This document shows positions 62,215 through 64,000 of a stretch of 64,000 bases of DNA, in pieces (position 1 is the first letter of the stretch; every line of letters begins with the position of its first letter). This stretch comes from Lachnospiraceae bacterium. GTDB lineage: Bacteria > Bacillota > Clostridia > Lachnospirales > Lachnospiraceae. The notes beneath the pieces were generated by a model. That model was given only the letters and a program-made list of their open reading frames with translations. It made no database searches and was not told the origin of the DNA. The translations under genes and the position numbers were made by a program. The stretch lies in assembly GCA_021203465.1 (NCBI GenBank), contig JAJQBC010000005.1, positions 7,866 to 71,865 on the forward strand, in the 5' to 3' direction.

Positions 62215-63080
62215 CCTTCCTTTTTCCTGTTTTTTCGCAAGGCTGCAGGCACGCCGATCAGCAGTGCCGCCAGAAACGCCGAGGTCAGCAAGGCTGCCGG
62301 AAGCTGGCAGGCTCCAGACCAGCCCGTCCCCGTGTTGTCCACCGACACGGCGGCTACGGCATCCTCCGCCTCTTCCATGTCGGTAACCCTTACGCCCCTC
62401 ACCAGCAGACGATGCGTATTTACGCCGTAGGGCGTACAGGTCATAAGCGTGCAATAATCTTTTCCATCCTCGATATACAGTTCCTCGATTTCATCCGGCA
62501 GGACAACCAGAATCTGATCCACCTGATAAGTCATTTCCCGATCCAGCACCGTGACCGTAAAGCTGTCCCCCACCTCTAGCTGATCGATATCCGTGAAGAG
62601 TTTCGCACCGGGCATTCCCCGGTGAGCGGCGAGTACGCAGTGCGTCCCCTCGCCGCCCACCGGCAGGCTGCTTCCCTCAAGATGCCCGGCTCCTGACTGC
62701 AGGACACCGGCGTCTGTGCCGTGGTAAATTGGAAGCCGGACTTCGATCTTCTCAATACTGACATAACCCATAACGCCGGTTTCCGCCACGTCCAGCAGCT
62801 CCTCATATTCCTTGCCCGATTCCTCACTCACCAGCTTCGGCGAGGCCAGAGCCGCCGCTGAGCCGATTTCCCTCAGCTTCGTGTTGTATTTCTCCGCCGC
62901 TTCAAAATACGCGGAGTAATCCGGCGAACCGATCGCGGTGATCGAGGCGTCATAGGAGGCGATCACTCTGGACTGCGCCCGCGCGTTCCACCATCCGGCA
63001 AGCGGCGGATACAGAAGGAGCGCACATCCGACGAGGAACACGCAGGCCAGAACAGGCGTCCATATTTTATCTTTCTTCAC
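62211..63080 (-). CDS. srtC: class C (pilin-polymerising) sortase
   Basis: N-terminal and C-terminal TM anchors, AAHRGMPG (His), TLMTCTPYGVNTHRLLVRG (TLxTC and Arg). Confidence 0.9.
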   Translation of the reverse strand: MKKDKIWTPVLACVFLVGCALLLYPPLAGWWNARAQSRVIASYDASITAIGSPDYSAYFEAAEKYNTKLREIGSAAALASPKLVSEESGKEYEELLDVAETGVMGYVSIEKIEVRLPIYHGTDAGVLQSGAGHLEGSSLPVGGEGTHCVLAAHRGMPGAKLFTDIDQLEVGDSFTVTVLDREMTYQVDQILVVLPDEIEELYIEDGKDYCTLMTCTPYGVNTHRLLVRGVRVTDMEEAEDAVAAVSVDNTGTGWSGACQLPAALLTSAFLAALLIGVPAALRKNRKKEG

Positions 63081-64000
63081 TTAGCGCGTTTTTTTATAAA
63101 GAGCAGAGCCGCCGCTCCAAGAATCAGGATGCTTCCGGTCAGGTAGAAAATCGTGGAGCCGATCCCACCGGTGCCGGGCAATGTGCTGCCCGTGCTGTTT
63201 TCCACGCTGATATCGACGGAACTCTTGTCAGAATCTGCAGATTCAACCGCTGCGTCGGTTCCAACCTGAACGGTCAGGCTGCTCACCTCATCGAGGCCAT
63301 CGTTGTCCGTATCCTCATATACAGCTGCGATCACAAGCGTGACCGGGGCGGACAGTTTATTGTAACCGTTCGGAGCCTTCGTCTCCTTCAGATAATAAGT
63401 GCCGACATCCAGCCCGATAACGGAAAAACTGCCGCTGCTGTCTGAGCTTAATGTAGATGCCTGACCTTCGACGCCAGTCCACCCGGTAACTTTCTGGCTG
63501 GCCGCGTCGATCTGTACATAACTGGGCGATCCATTCACCATCTTATATAGGACAAACTGCGCGCCCTCCAGAGTTTTCGCGGGATTATCCTTGTCTACCT
63601 TCGTCACATCCAGTTCAAAAGTAAATGTGACAACCTTCTCCTCCGTCGTCGTGCCGGTACCGCTGCCGTTCGGATTGTTGGAGTATTCCACATAGACGGT
63701 ATTCAGGTTTCCGTCGTTTCCGATGACCGCGTGTTCATTTACCTCGGCCTCATAGGTCACAGTGATTTCCTTTCCGCTCAAATTCTTTGCATCCAGCATC
63801 GTGATCGTGATGGGGGTTCCGGTGCTGCTGTTGTAGGTGCCCACCACCAGCGTATAGTCCGTACCAGTAAGCAGGGGCGTACTCTCCCCTTCTTTTGTCA
63901 CTTCAAAGCTGTCCTCGTCCACCGTCAAACCCGCGGACAGGGTATCGTGAAAGATGTAAGTATAACTGGTATAGGCGCTGGTGTCCGGCACCGTGCCGGT
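63077..64000 (-). CDS. major pilin subunit (SpaA-like), N-terminus probably outside the window
   Basis: E-box-like YYLKETKAPNGY and LPGTGG followed by a hydrophobic stretch and KKRAK. The ORF-track start at 63991 is a GTG only 9 nt from the window edge, and the frame is still open there. Confidence 0.8.
   Translation of the reverse strand, partial: TGTVPDTSAYTSYTYIFHDTLSAGLTVDEDSFEVTKEGESTPLLTGTDYTLVVGTYNSSTGTPITITMLDAKNLSGKEITVTYEAEVNEHAVIGNDGNLNTVYVEYSNNPNGSGTGTTTEEKVVTFTFELDVTKVDKDNPAKTLEGAQFVLYKMVNGSPSYVQIDAASQKVTGWTGVEGQASTLSSDSSGSFSVIGLDVGTYYLKETKAPNGYNKLSAPVTLVIAAVYEDTDNDGLDEVSSLTVQVGTDAAVESADSDKSSVDISVENSTGSTLPGTGGIGSTIFYLTGSILILGAAALLFIKKRAK

Noticed and set aside
1-64000. CRISPR arrays, cas genes, transposases, integrases, phage structural genes and rRNA operons
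   Set aside because: No regularly spaced short direct repeats and no ORFs with recognisable motifs of these classes were seen on either strand. The only dispersed repeats are the two families reported above.

Overview
The window is a G+C-rich Firmicutes (Clostridia-type) chromosomal segment. The lineage call rests on PolC, an ECF-transporter module, sortase-dependent pili and GlnRS. Almost every gene is on the minus strand. No homology search was possible, so family names come from motifs I recognise in the translations.

Gene content, left to right:
- 1-6.9 kb: an AT-rich polysaccharide cassette. It holds a DUF4422-like glycosyltransferase, a Wzy-like polymerase, a GT2, the GDP-heptose genes gmhA, hddC-gmhB (fused) and hddA, and a GT4.
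- 6.9-11.1 kb: the G+C-rich conserved head of the same locus. It holds a promoter, a long leader, a LoaP-like NusG paralog, an XRE regulator, the priming phosphoglycosyl transferase and ugd.
- 11.4-30.5 kb: housekeeping genes (DUF1836, yerC, purA, polC, ispG, ftsW/rodA, folA, thyA, mscL, glnS, tRNA-Thr, truA, ecfT/A2/A1, ppiB), with a mazEF pair inserted.
- 30.5-41.2 kb: a giant thioester-domain adhesin operon with its own class B sortase.
- 41.4-43.9 kb: a polar amino-acid ABC transporter.
- 44.6-51.4 kb: a PspA-centred cluster with three unassignable proteins and a TPM-like membrane protein.
- 51.5-53.6 kb: a CobD/HisC-like aminotransferase and a PrsA-like lipoprotein.
- 53.7-58.3 kb: a circularly-permuted ATP-grasp / alpha-E / transglutaminase operon with two M14 deacylase paralogs.
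- 58.6-64.0 kb: a sortase-C pilus operon (major pilin, srtC, minor pilin, vWA tip adhesin).

Best leads for something undescribed:
1. A family of about 0.5-kb rod-like imperfect palindromes fills intergenic spacers at 13767-14261 and 44021-50, with a degenerate third copy at about 41215-41435. The two full copies differ by compensatory changes and share conserved unpaired islands.
2. A single in-frame TGA separates the 2788-aa adhesin body from its cell-wall anchor module.
3. The PspA cluster carries three proteins I cannot place in any family.
4. The ATP-grasp peptide-ligase-like operon has an active/inactive M14 pair.

No CRISPR array, transposase, integrase, rRNA or prophage genes were seen.
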